Part shown: positions 49,807 through 64,000 of the stretch, one piece after another | Layout of the letters: each line of letters starts with the position of its first letter | How positions within the stretch are numbered: the stretch's first letter is position 1 | Assembly: GCF_009914755.1 (NCBI RefSeq) | Contig: NC_060931.1 | DNA length: 64,000 nt | From: the human T2T-CHM13v2.0 reference genome, Homo sapiens | Direction: 5' to 3' (one strand) | Program-made: the position numbers and the translations under genes | The notes under the pieces: generated by a model | What the model saw: only the letters and a program-made list of their open reading frames with translations | Database searches by the model: none | Told to the model about the DNA's origin: nothing

Positions 49807-49875
49807 AGGCACACCAGGATAGCCATCACCTTTGAGTCCTGGAGCACCCACTGGTCCCCGAGGGCCTTGGACACC
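49807..49875 (-). CDS. COL28A1: COL28A1 exon, 69 bp: [23 protein letters not shown]
   Basis: Gly-X-Y with a G-D-G imperfection; acceptor tttacccag|GGT, donor CCT|gtaagt. Confidence 0.93.
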
Positions 49876-50530
49876 CTGGGTAAATTCCAACATCAGTGAT
49901 ATCATGAGACTCAACTAGAAAACACCTGGTCAAACTTAAGCATAACACCAACTCAATATGCCAACGGTCGATTTCTAACCCGGGAGTTAGAAAATGACTT
50001 ATTGCTAGTACTTTAATTCTTAAAATTATAAATTTTTAGTGCATCGTAAATCAAGAAGAAGTATAAAAAAGAAAATTTATTAAGCACAATGTGAGAAGAG
50101 TAGAAAAGAATACATAGCAAAATTTTGAGTGTGGGATAACTACAGTTTCCTATTGTTGCGTTAAATCTATTCTCTTCATTAATGGGGCCCGAATTATACG
50201 GGGAATAAATAAACCCAGATGAAAATAAAAACACATTAATTTTTCAAAAACAAGTTATGAAGGGATAGAGTTTGTGACTCATATCTTGAGACCTAGGGAA
50301 AAGTTGTAAATATTGTTTTACAGTGATGACCTTAGGCATCAAAAACTTTTAGTAACAGCCCTTAGTCTCCTACAGAAAGAGCAGGGAGGGGTGATTATTG
50401 TCCTTTAGACAACAGAGTTTTCTAAGACTTGTAACTGTCTCACAAACAGCAATCAGAAAATTTCTGACTCAAGTAAAACGGGGGGAGAGAAAAAAATTAA
50501 GAAGGATCTTTTAGAAGATTACCTACAAGT

Positions 50531-50833
50531 GGCCGGGTGCGGTGGCTCACGCCTGTAATCCCAGCACTTTGGGAAGCTGAGGTGGGTGGATCACCAGGTC
50601 AGGAGTTCAAGACCAGCCTGGCCAACACGGTGAAACCCCGTCTCTACTAAAAATACAAAAATTAGCTGGGCATGGTGGCGGGTGCCTGTAATCCCAGCTA
50701 CTCAGGAGGCTGAGGCAGGAGAATTGCTTGAACCTGGGAAGCTGAGGCTGCAGTGAGAAGAGATCACACTACTGTGCTCCAGCCTGGGCGACAGAGCAAG
50801 GCTCTGTCTCATTTAAAAAAAAAAAAAAAAAAA
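50531..50833 (+). mobile_element. AluS (Sg/Sx-like) with a perfect 16-bp target duplication
   Basis: aagattacctacaagt at 50515-50530 and 50832-50847. Confidence 0.96.
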
Positions 50834-52562
50834 GATTACCTACAAGTCCATTACACTTTTATTTAAAACTTGTAATACTTCTTTTTACAACATATTCCAC
50901 TGATCTGTTACACCGATCTGTTGTTGATGACTCTTACAACAGCCCTTGTCAATATGCAGCCCTTGTTTTGATAAAGAGCTGCTCATGTTTTAAAATATTT
51001 ATGGTTTTTCTTTATATTGGGAGGAAACTCTAACAACAGGCAGACCTTTGTTTTGCAAGAATGGAGAAAGAAAGTAGCAGGACTCTTAAGAACTTTCCTC
51101 ATATGCAAACAAACTCGGAGATCAAATTGCCATTATTCCAAGTGAAAATACTGCCCAAAGTCCAACTCTCAAAAACTATTCTCAACTATACTCCAATAAA
51201 TGAATAATTGACTGGGAACAGGGGAAAATTTTTTATATACTCTTTAAGCAATCAGAAACTTTATTTTAAAAACCAAGAATGCAACAGCTGTTATTTCCTA
51301 TTAAATCTAAAAGGCTGTTTTTATGTGGTTAACCTTCTTAAGAATGATCATCTTTAGGAAATATGTGGCCACTTATAAAAATTTAACCTACTATTCATCA
51401 TCAACAAAAACTCAAGGTGATTTTTTAAAGTTGAATGAGAGAAAGGAAGCCCATGGTCTTCAGGACAGGTAAATTTGGGTGTATTCCAACTATGGGGAAC
51501 TGGTCACTTCTCAGAACCAATTTTTTATGCTATTCCAGTTACATTTAAGGATGAAGCTCTAAACATCTGCATATGAAACTTGTCCCAAAATAAGTTTTCC
51601 ACTTATCTCCATGTTTACACAAGGAGAGGGCCAACAACAAACTAAAGCAGTAACAGCTCCCCGGTTGAATTAAAAGGAAAAGAAAATTGGAATCAAAATT
51701 TACTTTTCAGTTTTTATTTCTACAGTCCAAACTTAGAACAAATTGTCAGCAGCTGCTCTTGTTTAACGTCTGACACCACAGCGGAGGGGAAAACCATGCA
51801 AACACTCACAGTTTACAAACATCCTTTTTATAGAGATCTTTGTCCTTGCTCCTGCAAAAATCTCAGGTAGCTTGTTACTTCTATTATTAACAGGAAATAT
51901 CAAGGAGCAAGAGGAGGAGCAGGTTTTTATTTTGGACTCCTTACCATATTTTTATAGATGGAATTTTGCCACTTGGCTTTTCTGTACTGGATTCAAGGAA
52001 ATGTCCTACAAAGTTATTTACTTCAAAGTGTTTCTCTCATTCAATAGAAATTAGGGTAAAAATGGAAACCTAGTATTTTGAAATCAGCTTTAGGGGGCAT
52101 CTGGGAGACCCCTGAAGTATTACATAAAATGAAATTAATGTGCTAAATCTTCCGTCAGACCTTCAAAGGTGTGTATGACCCTCCCAAAACTGAAAAACTA
52201 ATGAACTAGGGAAGAACAACAGAAAGAGTATCATTAGAGTCCAGGGGAGTAGCAAAATGATTGAGTGAAGAGGCAAATATCTTTAAATACCATCACCTAT
52301 AATGCCTAATAATCATCAACAGAAAACAGGTGAGGCCTATAAACTCTAGCAGCACATTTAATTGGATTGTATTCCTATTGCAAACAGAAGTATATGTAGA
52401 GAGAGATGTATAAATCGGATTGTGAATACACAGCTTCAATCTATCAAAATTGTCATGCAAATATAATTGATCAAGGTCATAGCTGCAGTTTTCAAATTAG
52501 AAAATTTGCTATTGTCCCCATGAGCTGTCTATATAGCTTGTGTTTCTAAAGAGAGTGGTCTA

Positions 52563-52708
52563 CATAGTTTGGGTTACCTTGGGATCTGTGGGAAGTAGAC
52601 GAACAATTCGTCCAAGTTTGCCCAAGATTTTCCCAGTTTTAGCCCGGAAAGTCATGCGTTCCAGGAACCCCTTCAATCCCGGGCAAACTAGGGCAGCTGT
52701 CACTCTAG
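52563..52708. mobile_element. MER94-like hAT relic
   Basis: cgtccaagtttgcccaagattttcccagttttag...ggaaccccttcaatcccgggcaaactaggg...gtcactcta. Confidence 0.6.
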
Positions 52709-53571
52709 CAGGGAGGACTGTTAAAGCAATAAAAACAGGAGAGGCTCAAGATTCTCCCTTTACCTTTAAAAAGAACCACTCCAATTTATGTCAGTTTTTA
52801 TACAACAGGTTTTGCATCATATTTTATTTAAAAAATGACTCCATGTTTTCTTCTTTTAACTTTGAAGGTCATCAGTTTAGTACTTGAACCCTTTTATCTA
52901 GATAAGACAACTTAGTATGGGAGAATATAAGCAAGTTTCAAAGCTACGTAACAACATGCTATTGATTTTAAAAGTGCTAATGATGGGGCCCTGAAGCTTG
53001 TCCTCATAAACAGAGATATGCTGGTTGACACCTAGGAATGCTATACATGCTGAATTTTGCTGTGGTGCTGGGTATAGTGTGAGGAGGAAAAATGGTGCTT
53101 CGTTGCCATGAAAAACCAGATATGATTACAGAAACCTGGTTTCTTCTTATTTGTCTTTCCCTTTGAAATAACTCAAAAGGATAAATAAAGCAGGAAATTT
53201 TTATTCAGCAAAGCTTCCAAGCACACACGCTTTTTTGGACAATGTTTTGCAGAATAGATACTTCAGCCACTAATATGTAAATGAAGAGGCCAGAGGCCAT
53301 TTAATGCCTTGTATCACTGACAGTGCAAAAGAGCATTTTTCAAACAATTGTCTAATCAGCAAAAATTTAACCATAAGAGCTACTTTTCCCCACAAGTATG
53401 AAAAATAAACTATGTGATTGCTTGTTTTTTTAAAAAAAGGGAATAGCTATATTCTTACATTTTAGTTAATCAATGTAGAAACCTCACAAGTAGAAAAATC
53501 AACTTATGCATTAAATCTACCTTCATTTATTTCAGATACAGAAAAACAAAAAGAACATGAATAAAGCATAC

Positions 53572-53640
53572 CTTTGGTCCTCGAATAGAAAGTCCAGGTT
53601 CTCCCTTAAATCCAGGTATCCCAGGTCCTCCTCTATCTCC
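53572..53640 (-). CDS. COL28A1: COL28A1 exon, 69 bp: [23 protein letters not shown]
   Basis: Gly-X-Y with a G-LSIR-G (G4G) imperfection; acceptor aaatgtacag|GGA, donor AAG|gtatgc. Confidence 0.93.
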
Positions 53641-53934
53641 CTGTACATTTCAAATAACATTTCACAGGCTACAGTTGTGCGAGAAATCACAAGCACACAT
53701 AGCAAAAAAAACCATTGGCCACTCTGTAAAGAGCTTAATCTGTCCATCTCAGACCTTGAGATAGTATATTCTTCAAACATATTTGAGGGGACTTTCAAAT
53801 CCTAAGTAAATAACACCTGTCAGTAAAGACTATTACTGCTGTTGGGAGAAAGTCCATTGAAATAATATGTGGCAATTCAGACTCAAATATTTCGACTTTA
53901 AGAATGGCTGAGAATGCTCTTAAAATTGAGTGAA

Positions 53935-54222
<288 letters not shown>

Positions 54223-54570
54223 CCAGTCAACCAACCTGAGTGGATATCTCTTCTGCTAAACTCTTCAATTATAAATCCTGGTAGATTCTTCTGAATAAAT
54301 GTTCTAAATTCTTACCTGCATTAGGGTTTAGGATTTGGAAGACGTAATGAAGGGTAAAGTGACAAGCTTGGGACCAAGAGCACAAAATCTGGTTTCTAGT
54401 CTTAACTCTGCTGCTGGCTGTAGTTTGCTTATCTGTGAAGTTTCAGAGTTAAACGGAATCATTTCTAAGGCTCTTCCAAAACTAAAATTCTAGTTCACTG
54501 GTATCATGATTTTTTTTTCTCCAACTGCCAAAGGGTCAAGAAAAAGAAAATAATCTCCAAGAATATATAC

Positions 54571-54639
54571 CTTTGGCCCAGGTGGTCCAGGAATTGATGT
54601 TCCAGGCATTCCAAAAGGGCCCATAATGCCCGGTTCACC
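54571..54639 (-). CDS. COL28A1: COL28A1 exon, 69 bp: [23 protein letters not shown]
   Basis: Gly-X-Y with a G-TSIP-G (G4G) imperfection; acceptor ctctttttaag|GGT, donor AAG|gtatat; seen inside ORF 54490..54687. Confidence 0.93.
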
Positions 54640-55129
54640 CTTAAAAAGAGCAAAATGCTCACTACATTTCAAGCAGAGAAAGCACATATAGAGACAATAT
54701 TAAGAAAAGTACAGAAATGTCTGCAGATTTTTAAATTATGTTATGACCTCTATCTGTTTCAAAGACCAATGTGAAAATAATTTGAGCATCTTTTGTAACC
54801 ACTGCTAGTTATTGACTAGTAAGATTTCAGTGCTTTTAAATAACTATGTTCAATTAATCACTGAATGTTAGGAACATTTTATCTCTTGTGCAGCCTCTTA
54901 TTAGCTAATAAAAATTATGCAATTCATGGTGCTTCCTTTTTGTGTTGTATGTTGGGAAGCTCAAAGAGAATTTTTTTTTCAATATAGCAATTATCTTCAG
55001 CAAATGTTTTAGGGTGTACTTCTAGGTTATAACTCTTTTTTCTTTGTTGTTTTATTTTAATGACCAAAGGTAAAATAGTCTTCCATTCCATGTTATCTCA
55101 CATCCTTTTTAAGAAGTAGAACCCCTATG

Positions 55130-55442
<313 letters not shown>

Positions 55443-55979
55443 CTATGATTTTAAAAAAATGACATTTTTAATAGAAAATTTTAAACATTTAGTGGGGGAG
55501 ATGTCTAATATTTAGAGTCTCAAAGACTCAATCTGGAGCAACAGGTAATTCTCCTGTTCCATCTGGATCTAGACAAGTGATTCTCAGATTTTAGAAGCAG
55601 AGGAATTATCAGGAAAGTTTGGTAATGCACAGTTCTGGGTTCAAACTCCAGAGATTCTGATTCAATAGCTCTAGAGGTTGGGGCCCAGGATTACGAAATT
55701 TTATGAAGCACCCCTGGTGAAAAACACTATTCCAGAGCAATTGTCACCGCACACCGCAAGGTGTTCCAAATGACCCACTGGGATATAAAGAAAATATTAC
55801 AACTTGTCTCTATATTTTTATCTCATCAATTAAAATTTCATTTATATAAATTCATAACATATTAGTATGATAGCTTATAAACAGAAATTACAATTAAAAA
55901 ATTAAAAATCTGTGGCATGTGATCAAAATTTTACTGGAGGGGTTTATAATCAAAACAGTTTGGAAACTACTTCTCTACG

Positions 55980-56137
55980 GTAGGTGGGCCAAATCCAGCC
56001 CACCCCCTTGTTTTGTACAGCCTTGAGCTATGAACGGCTTTCACATTTTCAAGTGGTCATTATACAAATAACTAAATATCTTCCATTTTGCCTCTTGGGC
56101 CACAGGACCTAAAATATTTACTATCTGGACCTTTACC
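55980..56137 (+). mobile_element. MER58-like relic
   Basis: gggccaaatccagccc...tttttgtacagcc...cctaaaatatttactatctggaccttta. Confidence 0.7.
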
Positions 56138-57966
56138 AAAACAAACAAACAAAAAACACTGTGGAGATGAGTCGTGGAGAATGAGCTGTATCTATGCTAT
56201 GTCTAAACATGACCCTCTAGGTTTTCAGACTGCTGACTACTCCTGCCTCCGTCTGACTCATGTCCTCTGAAAATTCAATTGCATGAGCTTCCTTTTCAGT
56301 CATCCTGCTTCCTCCAGCAGGGACTCCATCAGTCAGATTCACCAGTGATGACTCCTGCCCAGGGCCGTGTTCATCTTCAGAGCTGAAGCCTCCCGCTGTA
56401 TTGATTAGCCAATACAACCAACAAGCTGAGCACACTGGCCCACTGAGACCCAGTTCTTGCCAAGGCATGTATGTGCCAGTCCTTAAATCCAAACCTGGAA
56501 GGCAATGGCACAGGACATGACAAGAATCGGGAAACACAAAAAAACCCCATCCAAGCCTTTGACAAAGGAACAGAACATGAACCTGTTAAAATTCTTCACT
56601 AAAACCAAAGGAAAATCAAAATTATGTCTCTAGATTTAATTTTACTTCTTTTTTCAAAAAAAGAGGTCAATTACTTTTATACCATGAAAAGTATCATGGA
56701 GAGTATTAAAATACAGGTCTCAAATACCCTGTATTAAGGGGTGATTATGCTTTAACATATGGCAATTCTTCACCTTCATCTTTAAAAACAGCTTTATTTC
56801 AAAACACAGAAAAATGTTCACTTTGAAATAGAGTAACTAGGACATAAAGACTAATCTGTTATTAATACTAATACAACACATCTGTTACATAGTGGCACTT
56901 CTCATAATGTGCTTCCTGAACTCCCTGCAGCACAGGGCATTTACTTGAGAAGCACAGATTCCTGGGCTCACTCACCACTGAATCCAGAGAGCTGAGGATG
57001 GTAACAAGAAATCTGGATTTGTAATCATCCCCAGGTGATACCGATGGACACTGAATGGACACTGAAGTTTAAGAGTCACTGGTGTACAGGTGATGTTTTG
57101 TATCTGATGTTGTCAGCACCATTTTTTAAAAATGTGCTTTTTAATCATCTGGTCCTAAAATATACTCCTTGTCTCTTTCTCACAATTAGTATCTTTCTAG
57201 AGACATGAACTCTCTTAGGTTTGCAGTTTCTGTTTCCTGACACATTCAAATGACCTTAATGGTGGGTCTCTGAGGCTAAGTCAGGACACATACTTAATTG
57301 CTCACCTCACAATCCCCTTCGCTTCTTCCTCAGCACTGTGTTATCAACAATTTACCAGGACATAGATCCCCTACTTCCCATTTCACCATATTGATTTTTT
57401 TCTCTGAATAATTCGATGTATTCAACACTTACTATATACCAGGAAATGTGCTAAGTGCTTTATTAACTCTTTTAGTCTTCACAACAACTCTGTGAAATAG
57501 AGCATATCGTTATCTTCTTTCTATAATTGAAGCGACTTGCTCCAAGAGGTTCATGGCACAGGAGGATGCAATCAGCCTTCCAAAGAAGAGCCTTCATCAT
57601 CACTGTGCTGCCTCTCACTCTCAGGCTTTTGGGTTGTTTAGCAAAGCAAGATTATGAAGAACTGATAGCTCCTATGGTCCCAATTTTATCCCAACTTCTG
57701 AATATTTGGTTGTTACTAGAGAGGACTGACAGACAAATTAGGAACATAAGTATTTCTATGAGTATTACATATTTTATGCAATCTATTCCATTCTATTGTG
57801 GTCTGGGAATAGTATGTTTTCTATAGGTTTCTTATTTTGGGGTATTTGTTTTGTACTTGTTGGGAAGGAAACAAGGAATCCAATTTTCAGTGGAAATTTA
57901 ATACTATATTAAAACCAGACACAATACAAACTCCTCAAAGCGTAAGTCAGAATACAAGAAACATAC

Positions 57967-58038
57967 CTTTGGTCCTTCGGGCCCTGGAAGTCCCCTCTGT
58001 CCTTGATTTCCTTTGCTCCCTTTCTTGCCTTCGTCACC
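57967..58038 (-). CDS. COL28A1: COL28A1 exon, 72 bp: [24 protein letters not shown]
   Basis: Eight uninterrupted triplets; acceptor ttttgttag|GGT, donor AAG|gtatgt. Confidence 0.93.
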
Positions 58039-58772
58039 CTAACAAAATAATTATGAAAATATAGATTTTCGTATGGTATTAGCAACCTCCCCTAATCTAG
58101 CAAGGACCATAGCGGAGCCGGATTCTCGACTAATACCAATTTTAAAGTGGTGTGCCCTGAGCACAGCTCAATTGCGCAGGATTCGTCAATGTTCTTGAGG
58201 AGATCAGATGACTTCAGATTGTTCAGCCTTTACTATTTATTCAATATGATTTGCTATTTTTCAAAAATCTAAGTTTTGTATCTTTCTTTTGGAACTTTTG
58301 TTTGAATTTATAGTTCATTTTCACCCTTGGTCTATTAACAGATGGTTCTGAGACATTCACAGTTTCAGAAATGAGTACTATCTATGCTTTTTCATGCTGT
58401 TTTTCAATTTTTCTATTTCAGGTTTAAAAGATGAAATGAGACATTTTAAAAATCACAGCCCTATTTCGTCCTCACTGGGGAGTCTAATTCTTTCCCCCAA
58501 AAGAGACCAATAGTTTTATTGGCAGGAAGATGCTTGAGCATTAACCTGGGGCAGAGCTAGGAACTGACTACTAGATGTTGCCCAGCAGGGTTGTGTAAAA
58601 CAGTGCTCTCCCAAAAGAATTCCTTTACCTTCAAAACTATCTTTCAACTAGGGTTCAACTGCAAGGCGCCATATCCAGGGATGTACACAGCTCAACAAAC
58701 GAAAAAAAAAAAAAAAATTCCTCGTGGTCTGCAGCTGAGGCTATTTAAATATTTATACTATAAATTACTATA

Positions 58773-58956
58773 CCATGGTTTTTAAAGTTGAGCAACAGAA
58801 TCACCTGGAGAGCTTGTTAGACCACAGATTGCTGGGCCCTCCACCCAGAGTTTCTGATTTAGTAGGTCTGCACTGAGGTCCAAACATTTGCATTTTTAAC
58901 ATTCCCAGGTGATGCTGATGCTGCTGGTTCAGGGACCACACTTTGAGAATCATTAG
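58773..58956. mobile_element. MER5A DNA transposon relic
   Basis: cagaatcacctggagagcttgtta...cacagattgctgggccc...cccaggtgatgctgatgctgctggttcagggaccacactttgagaa. Confidence 0.88.
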
Positions 58957-59931
58957 ACTATACTAAGGTCATCAGCAAAGCAGGCACTTTATTAAGAAGA
59001 GATGACCTCCTGTAGAATCCACAGAGGTTTCCATGGTCCACACTAATGTAAAGCAGTGGCACCGGTGTAAAAAAAAAGAGTTGAATGTCCAAATATCTTA
59101 TATCATTATCACTTACCAGTAGAGACAAAATTCAACCACAACTCTTTATTTTCTTCCCTCCACTACCACTAATTTAGGTTATTGACCTAAATCACCCCAG
59201 AAATGAACAGCAGGAACCCAATTACATGTAATAAATCGCCAACACTGAACCATGGTATACCTGGGCTATGTAACATGTTCCTACCACTCTTCTCCAATAG
59301 GCTTTCATAAGCCACAAGTCACCTCAAGCCACAAATTCAGTAGCCTCTCTTTCCAATGCACATTCTTCTTGCCTTATTGGTGGCATCTGATACCACCCAT
59401 TGCTTTCATCTTGAAATCCTTTCTCCTCAGTATCCCTAACATGCTACCATTCTGCCTATTCTGTAGAGTTGTTGTTCTCCAGCTACCTCACAATGTGGGG
59501 TTTAAACCTCAACTCTCTTCCTTAGAGACATTGTTCATTCTCACGGCTTCAATTATTAACTCCAAGCGCCTATTTTCCAAAAACACATCCTAAAAACAAT
59601 TCTCCTGAATGTTAGCAGATCGGCATTTCTAAAAGTATATTTCACGTGATGATGTTATCCCCTCCACCTCACCCAAAAAGGATCCCCGAGACTGGTAAAT
59701 CAATAAACAAAAATGTTTAAAAGCCTACAAATATATTTAAATTTCATGTCCTCACATTTAAGATTAAGGATTCAATTTTAGTGAGTATGTTCACAAGACA
59801 TCAATTACTATTTTAGTAGAATTATGAACAGAACACTAATATGTATACAAATTTTATTTTTACTTGACTTGTATATAATCCATAACAATCTTTACATGGG
59901 AATTGATAACTACACATAAAAATAGAAAGAA

Positions 59932-60262
<331 letters not shown>

Positions 60263-60762
60263 TTATGTCACTAGTTGTCTTATCCTATTGATGAATTTGT
60301 ATAGTCTCATCTTAACATATAAAAATGTTATTCAACTAGCATTTCTACAGTGGTTAAAATAGATTTATGCCAAGTTGTGAAGTGAAATGGCCATTCAATA
60401 AAGTGATATTTCTTATTGCATGAGATTTTATAAAGAAAATTTATGGACTGTCAAATCTCAACGATGTATCTCAAGGCTTCTTTTCCTTCCTATGTGTTTT
60501 TTAAATGTCAATCTGACCATTTATTGAGAAAACGTGTGTCAAACTCTTCTCTATGCTGGGTCTTACAATAGACGTTAGGAAAATAAAAGTGAATCATATA
60601 CGCTTGCTGTCTTCCAAAAGCTTCCAAGACAGTATTCATACTTTTAAGCCAGACATAAACACATTGACATAGTAAGAATAACAATCAAATTTCTTCTAAG
60701 TTGGCTCCTCAGTATGAGGACCAGAACACAGGCTGCTTCCACCAACACTGTCATTTCCATAC

Positions 60763-60831
60763 CTTGGGGCCAGGCTGTCCTTTTCCAGGTGGTCCTTCTG
60801 GGCCTCTTGCTCCCGGAAGCCCCGCTTCTCC
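60763..60831 (-). CDS. COL28A1: COL28A1 exon, 69 bp: GEAGLPGARGPEGPPGKGQPGPK
   Basis: Gly-X-Y with one G-K-G imperfection; acceptor ttttctctag|GGA, donor AAG|gtatgg. Confidence 0.93.
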
Positions 60832-61595
60832 CTAGAGAAAATGACACTGATGTGTTAGCTGACCCTCCAGTAGACAGACTGTACGTATCATCCCACCTTG
60901 TCTCCTTTTATCATTAGTGGATTCAGCTGAGACTCTCCAAAACACACCATACCTTCACTCTAGTCTCAAAATCAATTTGGAAGTTTATAAACTTGAAATA
61001 AAGTAACATCAAACTCCAGTTTAACTCAGAGCAGCTGCAATATCATGAAAAAGTAATTTATCAGCCAATTTCCAAAGCAATAAGCTCATTTTCTTTTGGC
61101 TCTTCATTCGCATTTGGTAGATTTTTTAAAAAACAGGGAAGACCTTCAGCCTTTCCATCTGCTGTTTTTTTTTTTTTTTTTTTTTGCTACTTTTACTGAA
61201 AAATGAGTATTTCAAATGTCAACACAAAATACTTCAGGAAATCTTTACAAAGGCCTTATTTCCTGTATGCATTTACAGACTTGCCTCTTAGGGGGAGGCG
61301 GGGGGAGTGGCTTTCTCTTAAGTTTAAATTAATGTGCTTTCTAGAAATCCTGAAGAAACTAGGCCATAACCAAAACACCAGACAGAAGGCAGAGGATGTG
61401 AGACACTATCTCAGCCTTTGAATAGGCCACTCCTTCTCTCAGGGAGAAGTGGAAAGGGACATTTGGGATTGTGAGATATTTTTTCTTAAAGAAACTAAGT
61501 TTGTCCTGAATGGTTTTATTCGAGCTCCTGCAGGACCAAGATATCAGTTTGGTTCAACAGTTCCTACTCCAGTAATACGAAAAACTTGGTGTTAC

Positions 61596-61667
61596 CTTCT
61601 TCCCTGCAGCTCCATCTTCTCCTGGTACTCCTGGTTGTCCTGGGAGCCCTATTGAGCCTGGCTCTCC
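61596..61667 (-). CDS. COL28A1: Collagen XXVIII alpha-1 triple-helix exon, 72 bp: [24 protein letters not shown]
   Basis: Eight uninterrupted Gly-X-Y triplets; acceptor ttcattcaccag|GGA, donor AAG|gtaaca; phase 0; peptide matches my recollection of COL28A1. Confidence 0.93.
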
Positions 61668-61849
61668 CTGGTGAATGAACAAATATTTTATTTCCCTAAA
61701 GTTCATACCTCCATTCTGAGGTACTTGCAATTGGATGTATCTTACAGTGTCTGAGAAAAGCCTCCGAGAAATCTCATTAGCAATTAATACTAAACTATTT
61801 GATCTTGGGAAGCTACTTAACATCCCTAGGCCTTAGTTTTTGATTCTAT

Positions 61850-62710
61850 TTTTATGGGCTGAATTGTGACCCCAAAAAGATATGTTGACATCCTAACTCT
61901 TTGTACCTGTGAATGTAACCTTAATTGGAAACATGGTCTTTGCAGATTTAATCAAGTTAAAATGAAGTCATTACAGGGGGGCCCTAATTCAGTATAAAAG
62001 GTGATATAATTTGGCTCTGTGTCCCCACCCAAATCTTATTTGAATTGTAATTCCCAGTGTTGGAGGAGGGGCCTGGTAGGAGGTGATTGAGTTATGGGGG
62101 TGGACCTCCCCCTTGCTGTTCTTATAATAGAGTTCTCATGATATCTGGTTGTTTAAAAATGTGTGTGTAGCATGCCCCACTTCACTCTCTCTCACTCTCC
62201 TGCTCCTCCATGTGAAGATGTGCCTGCTTCCCCTTCACCTTTTGCCAGGATTGTAAGTTTCCTGAGGCCTCCCCAAAAGTCAAGCAGATGCCAGCATCAT
62301 GCTTCCTGTGCAGCCTGCAGAACTGTAAGTCAATTAAACCTATTTTCTTTATAAATTACCCAGTCTCAGGTAGTTATTTAAAGCAATGAGAGAATGGACT
62401 AATACAACGGGTACTATAAGAAGAGGAAAATGCCTCTTGAAGACAGACACACAGGGAGAGCACCATGTGATAAGAGAGGCAAAGACTGGAGTGAGCGTCT
62501 GCTAGGCAAGGCATGCCAAGGATTGACAGACACCCTGAGAAGCTAAGATGAGACCAGGAAGCAATCTCCCTTACAGGTTTTGGAAGAAGCATAACCCTGC
62601 AGACTGATTTTGGACTTCTAGCCTCTAGAACTGAGAGACAATAAATTTCTGTTGTATTAAGGCACTCAGTTCCTAGTACTTTCTTACATCAGCTCTAGAA
62701 AACTAATATA
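61850..62710 (+). mobile_element. MLT1B/C-like LTR split by a nested MST LTR
   Basis: ttatgggctgaattgtg...tttgcagat...ggccctaat, resuming after 62406 with tataagaagagg...gacttctagcctctagaactgagagacaataaatttctgttg...aaactaata. Confidence 0.8.
62002..62406 (+). mobile_element. MSTA/MSTB-like MaLR solo LTR nested in MLT1
   Basis: tgatataatttggctctgtgtccccacccaaatc...ttctttataaattacccagtctcaggta...ggactaataca (TG...CA termini). Confidence 0.88.
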
Positions 62711-62869
62711 AAAGTGAAATAACAAATTTGTGCCCTAACAACACTTCCAGCTCTAATATTCAGTAATTCCACTTGCTTTCGAGTTAATTTACGATTAGTA
62801 ATAAATCCTTTAAAATGTTCAGGAAAAAAATATGCTACTTTCAATCAGTTTAAAGCATCTTTATGGCAT

Positions 62870-63880
62870 TTATTAATAGCAACAAAATGGAAAATAATTG
62901 AAAGCAACTTCAACTAACCTAAACAAGCCAGTGAAAAAAAGCACAGTAAATCTAACACTAAGTAGATGGAATGATAAAGATGAGAGAAGAAAATAATAAA
63001 CTTGAAAACAAAAAGTAAGAAGATTCATAAAACTTAATGCCTTTTTTTTTTTTTTGAGATGGAGTTTCGTTCTTGTTGACCAGGCTTGTTCAGTGGTATG
63101 ATCTCAGCTCACCGCTACCTCCGCCTCCCGGGTTCAAGTGATTCTCCTGCCTCAGCCTCCTGAGTAGCTGGGATTACAGGCATGTGCCACCACACCTGGC
63201 TAATTTTGTATTTTCAGTAGAGACGGGCTTTCTCCATGTTGGTCAGGCTGTTCTTGACCTCCTGACCTCAGGTGATCCGCCTGCCTCAGCCTCCCAAAGT
63301 GCTGGGATTACAGGTGTGAGCCACCGTGCCTGGCCAGTAATGCCTTTTTAAAAACTAATAAAAGTAAATAAATTTCTAATAGGAATGATGAGAAAAAACC
63401 TAGAATAATAGGTTTTTTAAAAGATATCAATAAACAATATCAAAAATGAAAGACATAACTATATATATAGTAAAAATGTTTTAAGTCATAGAAAATTGGT
63501 GATAATTTTTTCAAATGTATTGGAAAACAATAATAATCTTTGAGAAAAATATGAATTATATAAATGCTGTAAAAAGAAATGAACAAGCTAGATAAACCAA
63601 TAATATTAAATAAATTGAGTCAGTGATTAAAAGTCTCTACTTTCTCTCTCTCCAAGATCACAAGCTTAGTTGGTTTTACAGTCAAGACTTACCAAACTTC
63701 TAAACTTTTGAAGAACAGTTATTCCCTATCTTATACAAACATTTCTAAAAAAAATAGAAAAGAGGGACGTCTACCTAATTTATTTTATGAGGCTTATAAA
63801 GCCTTTTCAAAAACAATTATACAATGGCAAGACAAGAAAACAAAATTATAGACCATTCTCCCTATGAGACATAGCACAAT
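62870..63880 (+). mobile_element. Old L1M ORF2-region fragment interrupted by an Alu
   Basis: A-rich; ttaccaaacttctaaa...attccctatcttatacaaac...ttttatgaggc...agaaaacaaaattatagacca. Confidence 0.7.
63042..63335 (-). mobile_element. AluSp-like SINE
   Basis: Reverse-complement dimer with ggagtttcgttcttgttg and ttctccatgttggtcaggctg; target duplication taatgcctttt. Confidence 0.93.
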
Positions 63881-64000
63881 TTAAGCTTCCAATCAAATGC
63901 TTTAATTTCTTCCAGTGCCTGTACAAAGTTTCCAGGTCATAATGCAGGGATTGAGAAACCAGGGCAAGTTCAGGCATCTCTCTAAGGAGACAAACATGCA

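Overview
Primate (human-like) genomic DNA inside a large minus-strand collagen gene that I recognise as COL28A1 (collagen XXVIII). Nine phase-0 Gly-X-Y exons (seven of 69 bp, two of 72 bp) lie between 35032 and 61667. No further collagen exon is visible in 1-35031, which reads as part of one very long intron. The rest is repeat-rich intron: a near full-length decayed L1PA7/8-type element in gene-sense orientation, about 12 Alus, MaLR LTRs, DNA-transposon relics, L2/MIR/L1M fragments and microsatellites. I see no new multi-gene system. The most notable unexplained structure is: (i) a short retroposed mRNA 3' end capped by a ~79-bp near-perfect palindrome copied from its own flank; (ii) a 491-bp ~96%-identical local duplication with a fold-back junction, plus two smaller templated-insertion scars; (iii) three exon pairs each bracketed by inverted Alus, one of which would make a stop-free circular ORF; (iv) a strict (GXY)5-GX-(GXY)2 exon module with KGE/KGD built across splice junctions; and (v) a perfect SETMAR/Hsmar1 TIR motif. 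Repeat subfamily names come from memory of consensus sequences and repeat boundaries are approximate.
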